A stretch of DNA of 64,000 bases from Spirochaetota bacterium (GTDB taxonomy: Bacteria > Spirochaetota > JAHITG01 > JAFGFC01): NCBI GenBank assembly GCA_016931325.1, contig JAFGFC010000051.1, positions 12,639 through 76,638 on the forward strand, given 5' to 3'. A program made the position numbers and the translations under genes. Of this stretch, positions 46,216 to 56,434 are shown piece by piece; position 1 is the stretch's first letter, and every line of letters begins with the position of its first letter. The notes beneath the pieces are model-generated. The model did no database searches. It had not been told where the DNA came from and saw nothing but the letters and a program-made list of their open reading frames with translations.

Positions 46216-47262
46216 ATGTTTTTTCTGAACAAATTGTACGGACTTTTCTCGAATGATCTCGGAATCGATCTTGGGACTGCCAATACATTGGTCCATGTTC
46301 GGGGACAGGGAATTGTACTGAGTGAACCTTCCGTTGTGGCTGTACAGGAAGGAACAAATAAAGTACTGGCTGTTGGTCAGGAAGCTAAAAAAATGCTGGG
46401 AAGGACACCGAGTGATATCAAGGCCGTAAGGCCGCTGCGAGACGGTGTTATTGCGGATTTTGAGATCGTGGAAAGAATGATACGATATTTTATAGAAAAA
46501 GTCCATAATCGAAGGACTTTTGTCAGGCCCCGTGTTGTTATCGGTGTGCCTGGTAGTATCACTGAAGTTGAGAAAAGAGCGGTAAGAGAATCTGTTGAGC
46601 AGGCGGGAGCGCGGGAGATCTATCTTATAGAAGAATCTCTGGCAGCGGCTATTGGTTCTGATCTACCCATCCAGGAGCCTTCCGGAAATATGATCGTCGA
46701 TATCGGCGGCGGCACAACCGAGATTGCTGTGATCTCTCTGGGCGGAATCGTGACAAGTAACTCTATCAGGGTCGGAGGCGATGAGTTCGATGAAGCCCTT
46801 ATCAATCATTTAAAGAAAAAATTTCACCTGGTTATTGGAGAAACAACAGCTGAAGATGTCAAGATCAGGATCGGGAATGTCTATCCTGAAAAGAACGAAA
46901 AGAAAAACAAACTGGACGTTAAAGGAAGGGATTCTGTTACGGGGCTTCCCAAAACCATCATTCTGGACCCCGCTGAAATGAGGAGAGCCTATCAGGAACC
47001 GCTTAATACAGTGGTTGAAGCGATAAAAATAACCCTCGATCAAACCCCTCCGGAACTGGCCGCTGATATCTGTGAACGCGGCATCGTTTTAAGCGGCGGA
47101 GGTTCCCTTTTAAGAGGTTTTGATACCTTATTATCCAAGATCGCCAATGTCCCTGTCATTCTCGCAGAGAACCCGTTGATCACCGTGGCTTTGGGTACCG
47201 GGCGATTCCTGGATGAGATAAAATTTATCAATCAGAAGATTTACAAATCAGAATTTAAATAA
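46216..47262 (+). CDS. mreB: Rod shape-determining protein MreB
   Basis: [13 protein letters not shown], actin-fold ATPase motifs throughout. Confidence 0.95.
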   Translation: MFFLNKLYGLFSNDLGIDLGTANTLVHVRGQGIVLSEPSVVAVQEGTNKVLAVGQEAKKMLGRTPSDIKAVRPLRDGVIADFEIVERMIRYFIEKVHNRRTFVRPRVVIGVPGSITEVEKRAVRESVEQAGAREIYLIEESLAAAIGSDLPIQEPSGNMIVDIGGGTTEIAVISLGGIVTSNSIRVGGDEFDEALINHLKKKFHLVIGETTAEDVKIRIGNVYPEKNEKKNKLDVKGRDSVTGLPKTIILDPAEMRRAYQEPLNTVVEAIKITLDQTPPELAADICERGIVLSGGGSLLRGFDTLLSKIANVPVILAENPLITVALGTGRFLDEIKFINQKIYKSEFK

Positions 47263-47297
47263 AGAATCAATCGTCGATACCCCTGACAGGATGAAAT

Positions 47298-48161
47298 ATG
47301 TTCCTATCTTTTCTATACCAGTACAGACAATACCTTGTCCTTGGCGTGTATGTCCTGATCTCTGTGGCTTTTATGATCGCAAAAAGCGACAGGGTGAACG
47401 TTAATTTAAAATCAGCGGCTATAAGTCTGATCTCTCCCCTGCAGAAAGTGGTCAACAATGTCTCTGAAGCCAGTGAAAATTTCTGGAACAGTATTGAAGA
47501 GCTGAAAAAAGTGAAAAAAGAGCTGGTCCGTTCACGGGAAGAGCTGGAAAAACTGAAAGGGGCCAATATTGAAATTGAGGAATTAAAAAAAGAAAATGAA
47601 CGTCTGAAGTTTACTCTGGAGAACCAGAAAAAAATAGAATTCCAGACAGCCTATGCTGAGATCATTGCCAAGGACCCATCCAACTATTATTCCTCCTTTA
47701 TTATAAATAAAGGAAAATCTCAGGGGATCAAGATCAATATGCCGGTGATCGCTTACCAGGGGAATCAAAAAGGCCTTGTAGGCAAGATCATTGAAGTGTC
47801 AGCCGGTTCTTCCAAAGTGCTCCCTGTAACAGGCGTGGGCAGCTTTGTGGGTGCCATGATGGCGGATTTGCGTTATACCGGTATTATCAAAGGGATGGGA
47901 AAAACATCGGACCATGTTGTTCTGGAATATATCAATAAGGATGCTACCATTAACTTTGGAGATCTTGTTGTCACGTCCGGGCAGGGGGGGATCTTTCCCA
48001 AGGGTATAAAGATCGGTATCGTACTGGGATTTCAAAAAGTAAAATACGGCCTGTTCTACAAGGATATTAAAGTAAAACCCATCATTGACTTTTCTCAGCT
48101 GGAAGATGTTTATGTGATCTTTAAACAGAGCGAAGAGACTTTTTATCAAGAGGGAGATTGA
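47298..48161 (+). CDS. mreC: Rod shape-determining protein MreC
   Basis: N-terminal transmembrane segment, coiled coil, C-terminal beta domain. Located after mreB. Confidence 0.8.
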   Translation: MFLSFLYQYRQYLVLGVYVLISVAFMIAKSDRVNVNLKSAAISLISPLQKVVNNVSEASENFWNSIEELKKVKKELVRSREELEKLKGANIEIEELKKENERLKFTLENQKKIEFQTAYAEIIAKDPSNYYSSFIINKGKSQGIKINMPVIAYQGNQKGLVGKIIEVSAGSSKVLPVTGVGSFVGAMMADLRYTGIIKGMGKTSDHVVLEYINKDATINFGDLVVTSGQGGIFPKGIKIGIVLGFQKVKYGLFYKDIKVKPIIDFSQLEDVYVIFKQSEETFYQEGD

Positions 48162-48167
48162 ACAAGT

Positions 48168-48671
48168 TTGAAGAAAAAGATAACGATCATCCTGGTTTTG
48201 ATACTGGTGATAGTCCTTCAGAGCTCGAATGTCATTGATCGGTTAAAGATAGGCAATATCAAGCCTAACCTGATCATGCTCTTTATTATCTATATCAGCC
48301 TCACGACTAATATCCTGACGTCTGAAACCACCGGGTTCTTTGTGGGATTTTTAGAAGACATCCTATCCCAGAGCCTAATCGGCGTTAATGCTCTTACAAA
48401 AACGCTATTGGCTTTCTTTCTGAACCATTTTAAAACCAGGCTTTTTACAGAAAAGATCATTTCTGTTTTTTTTGTTGTCTTCTTAACCACGATCGTCACC
48501 AAGCTCTTTTACTTTCTTCTTATCCTGTTATTTGTTAATAAAGTCAATTTTTATCACGCGATCTTAAAGATCATCATTCCTGAGGCGTTTTACAACGCTC
48601 TTTTTTCTATTGTTGTCTTTCCCCTTTTTCGTTTAATTTTGGAGAGAAAAAGATTATGGCAAAAACCATAG
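48168..48671 (+). CDS. mreD: Rod shape-determining protein MreD
   Basis: Small polytopic membrane protein between mreC and mrdA. Confidence 0.6.
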   Translation: MKKKITIILVLILVIVLQSSNVIDRLKIGNIKPNLIMLFIIYISLTTNILTSETTGFFVGFLEDILSQSLIGVNALTKTLLAFFLNHFKTRLFTEKIISVFFVVFLTTIVTKLFYFLLILLFVNKVNFYHAILKIIIPEAFYNALFSIVVFPLFRLILERKRLWQKP

Positions 48672-50590
48672 TAAGCCCAAGGCAGTTTTTCTTTTTCAGA
48701 AAACGCTTTGTTTTTTTACGCTATTTTGTTTCAGCCCTGTTTATCATCCTTTTCATTCAAACGTCCTATCTCCAGATCATTGAGGGCGATAAATATGAGA
48801 AACTGGCTTTAAATAATAAAGAACAATATATTCCCATTCCCACACATCGAGGTGAAATATTTGACCGGAGCTATGATCCATCATCAGAAATCAATGCTCC
48901 GCTGGTGACCAATGAAGAAAAAATGGGGATCTATATCCTTCCGGTCCATTTGACCCTGAAGGACATTAAAAAAACATTGTATCATCTATCCCACATCATG
49001 GAAATTGATTATAATGAAAAACTTGGTCAATTTACTAACCGGGCTAATTTCTATGAGCCTTTCCTGGTAAAGGATGATGTTCCCATAAGGATCATTGCCC
49101 AGATCGGAGAAAAGATCCAGGACCTTCCCGGCGTGTACTGGGAACCTATCTATTACCGAAAATACCCTCTGGGTCATTTTGCCAGTCATATCCTTGGTTT
49201 TGTAGGAAAGATCAACAAACATGAACTGACTGATCGCTCTGAAGATATGGAATATCATCTGAACAGCATGATAGGCAAGATCGGTATTGAAAAATATTAT
49301 GACAGAGAACTAAGAGGTGAGGAAGGCCGTCTTTTAAGGATCGTTGATGCCCTCAACAGGATAAAAGATACCCATGTCGTTAAAAAACCTGTCCCCGGGT
49401 ACAACCTGGTCCTGACGCTCGATAAACGGATACAGGATATCCTTGAAAAGGTCATGACAAGAGAGAAAGGCGCGGCTATTGTTATAAAACCGGATACAGG
49501 AGAAATCCTGGGTATGGTATCCAAACCCGATTTTGATCCCAATATTTTTATAAAAGAACCTGATGTGGAAAAAATCCTGAAATTGACCGGTGATCCTGAC
49601 AAACCCTTCTTGAACCGGGCCATACAGGCTAAATATCCACCGGGATCGGTATTCAAGATCGTTACAGCCACAGCCGGTCTGGAAGAAGAAGCTATCTCAC
49701 GTAATGATACATTTCTCTGCAGGGGTTACTTTCGATTTGAACATGATGACCGGGTCTTTCACTGTACAGGTATCCATGGATATATGAACATTTTAACAGG
49801 AGTTGAGTTCTCCTGCAATGTCTTCTTTTTTAATGTCAGTTACAAACTGGGCTCCAGAAAGATCACAAAATACGCTAAATGGTATGGCTTTGGAGAAAGA
49901 ACGGGAATCGATCTGCCGGGCGAGCAGCCTGGATTTCTACCCACCCATAAATGGAAGAAAAAAATATTCGGTGAAAACTGGTATGACGGTGATACCATCA
50001 ATTATGGTATCGGGCAGGGGTTTTTACTATCCACCGTTCTGCAGGTGGCTAATATGACCTGTGGCATTGCCAATGACGGACTCATCTATCAGCCTCATAT
50101 ACTGCAATCAGCCTATTCAGCGGAAACAGGGGATCTGATCTTTAAGAAACATAAAAAACTGTTACATAATATCCCGATAAGAGAAGAAAAATTATCGATC
50201 CTCCGAAACGGCCTGCATCTGGTCTGCACCTATGGGACGGCCAACGTAGCAGGTCAATTCAGTAAAATCTCTATGGCCGGGAAAACCAGCACTGCTCAGA
50301 ACACCTTTGGGGAACCTCATGCCTGGTTCTCCTGTTATGCCCCTTATAATAGAACAGATGACAGGATCGTGGTCTGTGTTTTTATTGAAAACGGGGGTGG
50401 CGGTGGAGAAGTGGCCGCCCCCGTGGCTGTGGCCATTTTGAACGCTATTTTTAAAGACGCCGATCCTGTGTCAGAGAAAAAGAAGATAAGGGCGACTGTC
50501 GAAAAAGAACGTTATAAAAAGTTCTTGCGCCGCATGCAGGACAGAGGATTTCTGGAGGATAGTATTGAAAAAACAGATATTCAGTTTTGA
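48656..50590 (+). CDS. mrdA: Penicillin-binding protein 2 (transpeptidase)
   Basis: SxxK (SVFK), SxN (SCN) and KTG-like (KTSTA) motifs. N-terminal transmembrane segment and dimerisation domain. Confidence 0.85.
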   Translation: MAKTIVSPRQFFFFRKRFVFLRYFVSALFIILFIQTSYLQIIEGDKYEKLALNNKEQYIPIPTHRGEIFDRSYDPSSEINAPLVTNEEKMGIYILPVHLTLKDIKKTLYHLSHIMEIDYNEKLGQFTNRANFYEPFLVKDDVPIRIIAQIGEKIQDLPGVYWEPIYYRKYPLGHFASHILGFVGKINKHELTDRSEDMEYHLNSMIGKIGIEKYYDRELRGEEGRLLRIVDALNRIKDTHVVKKPVPGYNLVLTLDKRIQDILEKVMTREKGAAIVIKPDTGEILGMVSKPDFDPNIFIKEPDVEKILKLTGDPDKPFLNRAIQAKYPPGSVFKIVTATAGLEEEAISRNDTFLCRGYFRFEHDDRVFHCTGIHGYMNILTGVEFSCNVFFFNVSYKLGSRKITKYAKWYGFGERTGIDLPGEQPGFLPTHKWKKKIFGENWYDGDTINYGIGQGFLLSTVLQVANMTCGIANDGLIYQPHILQSAYSAETGDLIFKKHKKLLHNIPIREEKLSILRNGLHLVCTYGTANVAGQFSKISMAGKTSTAQNTFGEPHAWFSCYAPYNRTDDRIVVCVFIENGGGGGEVAAPVAVAILNAIFKDADPVSEKKKIRATVEKERYKKFLRRMQDRGFLEDSIEKTDIQF

Positions 50591-51869
50591 CCTGACCCTG
50601 TTTGTCTTAATGGTCCTCATGATCGCTGTCGGTATCCTGGCCCAATATAGCAGCGGGTATACAAAACCCGAACTGAGTGATCTGTATTTAAAGCAATTCC
50701 TATGGTTCGGCCTTGGTCTGGTTATCGTTCTTTTCATCTTCTCCATGCATCTGAAGGCTATCCATGCCTATTCTGTATGGTTCTATTTTATTATTGCCTT
50801 TATGCTTATTTTGACCCTTGTCTTCGGGAAAACAGTGAGGGGAACAAGGGGCTGGCTTGTCTTCGGTCCTTTGAATTTTCAGTTCTCTGAAATAGCCAAG
50901 ATCTCTACTATCCTGGTCCTCGCGCGATACCTGGAATATCATTTCAAAGAACTGACCCAGCTCAGAGACTTTTTTATCCCTTTTATTATTGTACTGTTCC
51001 CGGTTTTACTCATTCTCCTTCAGCCTGACCTCGGGTCTACCCTGGCCTTTTTCCCGGTTATTATCATTATGCTTTTCTTGGCCGGAGCTGATCTAAAAAA
51101 TATCATCTATCTTATTGTTATTGGCACCATTTCCATCGGAGTCCCTTTGACCTTGAGCTATTATGAATTCAAAGGGATCCTGTCAGAAAATTTCTGGCTA
51201 AAGACTTTGCTCTCTTCCTCTGTCTTAACCTATATCATTGTGCTCATGTTATTTGCCTGGTCTGTTTTAAAGATCATCCTGATATTTTATCCCGCTTATA
51301 CGCTTTTAAATAAGATCAATGCTGTTATTATTATCCTTGTGATCAGTCTCGCGTTTTCTTTTACCATCACACATTCTCTTAAACCCTATCAAAAGAAAAG
51401 ACTTCTGGTCTTTATCGATCCATCTATCGATCCTTATGGGACAGGATATAATATCGTCCAGTCCAAAATTTCCATTGGCTCCGGTGGTTTTGCCGGCAAA
51501 GGTTTCTTGCAGGGGTCCCAGACCCAGCTGGGATTCTTACCGGAGCAAACAACTGACTTTATTGTCTCTGTTGTCGGAGAGGAATTCGGCTGGATCGGTA
51601 TCATCACTGTCCTGGGACTTTATCTGGCTTTTATCGTTCAGGGATTAAAGATCACTTTTACCGCCAGAGATTCTTTTTCTGCACTTGTGGCAGGAGGTAT
51701 CACAGGCATGTTTGCTTTTGCTATTTTTATCAATATCGGCATGACACTGGGGATCATGCCTGTCACCGGGGTTCCTGTCCCCTTCCTGAGTTACGGGGGA
51801 TCATCTTTGATCTCATCGATGGTCGGAGCCGCTTTGTTGATCAATATAAAGTCACATCGATTTGTCTGA
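50565..51869 (+). CDS. rodA: Peptidoglycan glycosyltransferase RodA (SEDS family)
   Basis: Polytopic FtsW/RodA/SpoVE pattern; follows mrdA. Confidence 0.85.
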   Translation: MKKQIFSFDLTLFVLMVLMIAVGILAQYSSGYTKPELSDLYLKQFLWFGLGLVIVLFIFSMHLKAIHAYSVWFYFIIAFMLILTLVFGKTVRGTRGWLVFGPLNFQFSEIAKISTILVLARYLEYHFKELTQLRDFFIPFIIVLFPVLLILLQPDLGSTLAFFPVIIIMLFLAGADLKNIIYLIVIGTISIGVPLTLSYYEFKGILSENFWLKTLLSSSVLTYIIVLMLFAWSVLKIILIFYPAYTLLNKINAVIIILVISLAFSFTITHSLKPYQKKRLLVFIDPSIDPYGTGYNIVQSKISIGSGGFAGKGFLQGSQTQLGFLPEQTTDFIVSVVGEEFGWIGIITVLGLYLAFIVQGLKITFTARDSFSALVAGGITGMFAFAIFINIGMTLGIMPVTGVPVPFLSYGGSSLISSMVGAALLINIKSHRFV

Positions 51870-54240
51870 AATAACTATGCCTTTATCGATCAAAAAACTT
51901 GAAGGCCTTCTGCCTTTTGTACAGAAACCAGGGCGTTATCTTGGACTGGAGAAAAACAGGGTTGTAAAAAAATTCTCTAAAAAAAGGCTGAATATCGTTC
52001 TGGGGTATCCGGATCTCTATGAGATCGGTATGTCAAATTTCTCTCTCAAGATCCTTTATGAGATCATCAACCGGCATAATGAACTCTGGGCTCAAAGGGT
52101 CTTTCTCCCGGATACGGATATGCAAGAGATCCTGTTGAGCCAGGATATCGAACTTTTCTCTCTTGAAAGCCGGCATTTCATCACGGAGTTTGATATTCTG
52201 GGCGTTACGATCCAGACAGAACTGAATTTTATACATTTTCTTCAAATGCTGCGGTTGAGCCATATCCCTTTGTATTCCAGCAAACGAAAAGGCTTTCCTC
52301 TGGTTATAGCCGGAGGCCCGGGCCTGGTCAATCCAAAACCTTTGGCCTCTTTTACAGATTTTTTCTTTATCGGGGAAACCGAAGACATCCTTGTCCCTGT
52401 TCTGAAAAAGATCCTGGAATGGAAAAAAAAAGGCCTTGGCCGCCATGAAATACTCCAAAGGGTTGATCAATACCCTTATATATACGTTCCTTCTTTAAAA
52501 GGCAAAAAAAGTATTAAATATGCTGTGCTTGACCTGAATAAGACCTATCATCCCATGAAACCTCCCGTTCCCTTTCTATCCGCTGTGCATGACCGTGGCG
52601 TTATTGAAGTGAGCCGCGGTTGTCTGCAGGGTTGCCGGTTCTGTCAGGCCGGCTATTTTTACCGGCCTTATCGAGAACGTGATCCGGAAAAAATACTGGC
52701 TGTTGCTAAAAAGCTTTATAAACATACGGGATATGATGTTTATACCCTTCTCTCCCTTAACATTACAGATTACTCCAGGTTACAGGTCCTTTTAAATCAA
52801 TTAAACGATCATTTTGCTCCTTACCATGTCTCTTTTGCCCTGCCCTCTCTCAGGATCAATGAATTCACGTTGAACCTTCTTGACTCCATCAAGTGCATCA
52901 GAAAAAGCGGGTTGACCTTTGCTCTTGAAACAGCTGACGAGGTCCTTCAAAAAGGTATCAATAAACCGATCAACTCTGATAAATTTATCACAACCATACT
53001 TACCGTGGCTAAAAAAGGCTGGAAAAGGATCAAGATCTATCTTATTTATGGTTTTTCTCATGATGATCAGGAAATCTTTGCCCTTAAAAAATTAATGGAT
53101 AAGACGATCGATGCATTGAAAAAGAACCGTCTTTATATAAAAATGACTTTGCATTTCAATCCTCTTTATAAGAAACCCCTCACGGTTCTGGAACAGGAAA
53201 GCCAGATTCCCATGGCAAAGATCCAGCAGAAATTAAACATGATAAAAGAGATCTTTCTGGCAAAAAATTATAAAACATGGATCGACCTGAAATGGCAGGA
53301 CCTCCAAAGCGCTTTTTTAACCATGGTTCTGGCCAGGGGTGATGAGAGACTATCGGAAGTGATGCTCCATGTTTTGCAAACAAGCAAGACCATTCCCAGC
53401 GATTCTCAGGCCTATCATGTTGAGACATGGATGCCGGCGTTCAAGGGATCAAACCTTGATCCGGGAACATTCCTTTCTCAAAAAAAAGATCAAATAAGCG
53501 ATGATATAGATTATGGATTCCGGAAAGATTTCTTCACGGAGGAACACTGGCATTTCAGGAATGCGGTAACAACATTGAACTGTATCAAACATAAATGTTA
53601 TAACTGCGGTATCTGCAAAGGAAAGATAAAGAATATCCTTGCCCGCGACATTAAATCCCATAAGCCGAAAAAATCAACAAGCCGGAATGATCGTCACTAT
53701 CGCTATAAATTGATCTTTGAGAAAAAAGGATTAATGAAATTCATATCACACCGGGATATTTTGGATTATTTCAACCGTCTATTCCGTATGGCCGGCCTTT
53801 CCCTCAGATATTCAAAAGGATATAACCCCAGACCCAAAATCAGTATCAGTTTTTCTCTTCCTCTCATTGTGGAAGGAACAAATGAATTTGTGGAATTTTA
53901 TACCTGTCGCCCTGTAAGAACAGGTAAAACCGTTGAAAAGATGAATCACATCCTTAACAATCCCTTCTTCAGGATAAAAACGATCATACCGTTATCTGCC
54001 GGAGATGAGAAATCCCTGAGTAAAATACAGCACAGTGAATACAGGATCGCAACAAACGATAAAACCCTGATAAATAAATTACGGTCATCAGAAGGATACA
54101 GATCCGATGTGCGAGGGGGAGTGAAAATTTGGGTCGTCAGGGACAGGTCGGTCTTGAAATTATTAGAGCGGTTAACAGGTGATAAATTCCCTCATTTATG
54201 GAAAAAGGTGTTAAGGATCACAAGGACTAACTTTTGCTAA
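51862..54240 (+). CDS. B12-binding-like radical SAM protein fused to a DUF2344 C-terminal domain (TIGR03960/TIGR03936-type)
   Basis: CxxxCxxC at GCLQGCRFCQAG. Long N-terminal B12-like region and a C-terminal DUF2344-like tail. Overlaps the rodA stop. Confidence 0.65.
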   Translation: MSEITMPLSIKKLEGLLPFVQKPGRYLGLEKNRVVKKFSKKRLNIVLGYPDLYEIGMSNFSLKILYEIINRHNELWAQRVFLPDTDMQEILLSQDIELFSLESRHFITEFDILGVTIQTELNFIHFLQMLRLSHIPLYSSKRKGFPLVIAGGPGLVNPKPLASFTDFFFIGETEDILVPVLKKILEWKKKGLGRHEILQRVDQYPYIYVPSLKGKKSIKYAVLDLNKTYHPMKPPVPFLSAVHDRGVIEVSRGCLQGCRFCQAGYFYRPYRERDPEKILAVAKKLYKHTGYDVYTLLSLNITDYSRLQVLLNQLNDHFAPYHVSFALPSLRINEFTLNLLDSIKCIRKSGLTFALETADEVLQKGINKPINSDKFITTILTVAKKGWKRIKIYLIYGFSHDDQEIFALKKLMDKTIDALKKNRLYIKMTLHFNPLYKKPLTVLEQESQIPMAKIQQKLNMIKEIFLAKNYKTWIDLKWQDLQSAFLTMVLARGDERLSEVMLHVLQTSKTIPSDSQAYHVETWMPAFKGSNLDPGTFLSQKKDQISDDIDYGFRKDFFTEEHWHFRNAVTTLNCIKHKCYNCGICKGKIKNILARDIKSHKPKKSTSRNDRHYRYKLIFEKKGLMKFISHRDILDYFNRLFRMAGLSLRYSKGYNPRPKISISFSLPLIVEGTNEFVEFYTCRPVRTGKTVEKMNHILNNPFFRIKTIIPLSAGDEKSLSKIQHSEYRIATNDKTLINKLRSSEGYRSDVRGGVKIWVVRDRSVLKLLERLTGDKFPHLWKKVLRITRTNFC

Positions 54241-54435
54241 ATTTATTATTTTTTAATAGTACCGCCTTATATAAAACTACAGGACTAAAGAATCAGTAGT
54301 AAACACAACCAAATCCTTAAAACTCGTTTACTTATTTCTTTCATGGTTAATCATTCTTTTCCCTTGGTTTTCTTTAAACTATAAACCAAGAATAAAGAAC
54401 CATCAGATGGTGGTCAGACCATCAATAGATTTACC

Positions 54436-54464
54436 TTGACTTTTCATGTACGATATTTTATATT
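54436..54464 (+). promoter_or_regulatory. Sigma-70-like promoter (TTGACT-17-TATATT) for the downstream Yip1-like gene
   Basis: Read in the sequence. About 135-nt leader before an AAAGGAGG ribosome-binding site. Confidence 0.35.
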
Positions 54465-54599
54465 AATAATTCTAACTATGATAAAACCATTATTTCTATT
54501 GTTTTACAACTCTCTTAATCAAGACACCACAGTTCGATCTAAATAGATTTTGAATTTTTTATATCTGTGGTCAAATACCATATTAAAAGGAGGTAAACA

Positions 54600-55280
54600 A
54601 TGGCAGGTTCAGGTTTTAATCTTAACAAGCTGATTGATGAATCCAAGCAGACTTTGCTGGCGCCAAAAGCGTATTTTTCTGCCATGGCAAAAACAGGTGG
54701 GCTGGTTGACCCCATTATCAAAGCGGTTGTCTATGGTCTGGTCGCCGGGATCATAACTCTCATCTTAGGATTAATAGGTATTGGAGCGGCTGGTGTGAGT
54801 ACAATCATAATGACTCCTATAATGGCTCTTATTGGGCTCTTTATTGGGGGTATCATTATTCTTATCATCTCCGCTATTTGTGGTGGCAGTACGGATTTTG
54901 AAGCGAATATAAGAGTGACCGCATCTATTTCAGTTCTACTACCCATTCAATCTCTTCTTATAGTTTTTAATTCCATTAATTTCTATTTAGGAGCGATAGT
55001 GGGATTAGCTGTTTCACTTTATGGATTGTGGCTACTTTATCTTGCTCTTACAAAATCTCTTTCAGCTAAAGACAATATTGCAAAAATAATCGTAGGTATT
55101 TTTGCAATTCTCTCCATCATACTAACTGTTCTTTCATTCGGTGCTACGAGAGTGGCCTCTCATTTATCGAATGAAGCAACACAAAATGCTGAAGAGATGC
55201 AGAAAAAAGCAGAACAAATGATGGAAAAATTCATGAAGGAAAACAAATCTTCAGAAGGATCATCTGAATCATCTGAATAA
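54600..55280 (+). CDS. Yip1-domain membrane protein
   Basis: N-terminal soluble segment, then 5 transmembrane helices and an acidic C-terminus. Topology is Yip1-like. Confidence 0.45.
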   Translation: MAGSGFNLNKLIDESKQTLLAPKAYFSAMAKTGGLVDPIIKAVVYGLVAGIITLILGLIGIGAAGVSTIIMTPIMALIGLFIGGIIILIISAICGGSTDFEANIRVTASISVLLPIQSLLIVFNSINFYLGAIVGLAVSLYGLWLLYLALTKSLSAKDNIAKIIVGIFAILSIILTVLSFGATRVASHLSNEATQNAEEMQKKAEQMMEKFMKENKSSEGSSESSE

Positions 55281-55317
55281 TATACAAAGCCCCTAATCCT
55301 AGGGGCTTTGTATATCC

Positions 55318-55716
55318 TTAATTATGCAGGATCTTTTTAGCAAATAAAGCCGCGTTAAAAGCTCCGGATTCTCCTATTCCCATAGTCGCCACAGGATTCC
55401 CCTTTGGCATCTGAACAATAGCCAGAAGTGAATCAACCCCGTTCAGAACAGAAGTGGGAAGAGGAACGCCGATCACTGGCAATGGCGTTAGCGCCGCTAC
55501 CATTCCCGGCAAAGCAGCCGCATACCCGGCTGCCGTGATGATCACCTTAACTCCCCTGTCCTGTAATCCCTTTACATACTCTACCAGTTCCAGTATATTC
55601 CTGTGAGCGGAAAGGATCCTTACCTCATGAGAGATCTTTGCCTCTTTTAATAACTGGACGCATTTCTTAATATATGACTCATCACTTTTACTTCCGATAA
55701 TAATACTGATATCCAT
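55318..55716 (-). CDS. purE: N5-carboxyaminoimidazole ribonucleotide mutase PurE
   Basis: IIGSKSD...VRILSAHR...KVIITAAGYAAALPGMVAALTPLPVIGVP...SLLAIVQMPKGNPVATMGIG matches PurE almost motif-for-motif. Confidence 0.85.
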   Translation of the reverse strand: MDISIIIGSKSDESYIKKCVQLLKEAKISHEVRILSAHRNILELVEYVKGLQDRGVKVIITAAGYAAALPGMVAALTPLPVIGVPLPTSVLNGVDSLLAIVQMPKGNPVATMGIGESGAFNAALFAKKILHN

Positions 55717-55839
55717 GTTTAACTCCCTCAATTATATATTAGGTTAATAAGATATTAAATAAAGCAGAAATGTCAAATATAATATTAATGTTCATTTTCC
55801 ATTATCCAGGACACCGGACAATGGGCTAAAAGCAAAAAA

Positions 55840-56253
55840 TTATGTAATGATGGTCACATAGAGGATGCGGTTTCGCGGGCGGGTATCGAAATCTATAAAA
55901 ACGATCTGCTGCCATGTCCCAAGGATAGGCCTTTTGTTCTCAAAAGGCACGGTAAACGTCGGTTGAATAAAAGCCGACCTCAGATGAGAAGAGCCATTAT
56001 CATCATGCCATGTATTATGATGAGCGTAAGACTCTTTATAAGGGAGATATTTTTCCAGACAGGTCGCAATGTCCTTGATCAAGCCCGGCTCATATTCAAT
56101 GGTCGTTATACCTCCTGTCGATCCGGGACAGGATATATTAACCAGTCCTTTTGTGGCTTTTGTCCTAGTCAGGATATTTTCTACATATTGTGTGATATCA
56201 ATAATATCCGTATACCCATTCGTCTTTACAGAAAATTTTTCGATAACCGTCAT
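55840..56253 (-). CDS. YjbQ/UPF0047 family protein
   Basis: HTWHDDNGSSHLRSAFIQPTFTVPFENKRPILGTWQQIVFIDFD matches the YjbQ signature. Start at MTVIEKF with an AGGAGAG ribosome-binding site. Confidence 0.7.
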   Translation of the reverse strand: MTVIEKFSVKTNGYTDIIDITQYVENILTRTKATKGLVNISCPGSTGGITTIEYEPGLIKDIATCLEKYLPYKESYAHHNTWHDDNGSSHLRSAFIQPTFTVPFENKRPILGTWQQIVFIDFDTRPRNRILYVTIIT

Positions 56254-56434
56254 TTTCTCTCTCCTGTTTTTTAAGATTTGATTAAATATATTTTTATTAA
56301 AATCGATTTTCAAGCCATGATGCCTTTTTTTGTGGGCAGTGGATAATAAAAATAATATATTTGATATAATCATGACTTTATGGAACGGATCATGATTCAC
56401 ACAAACCAGAGATCAATAACCAGAGGAGGTTTTC

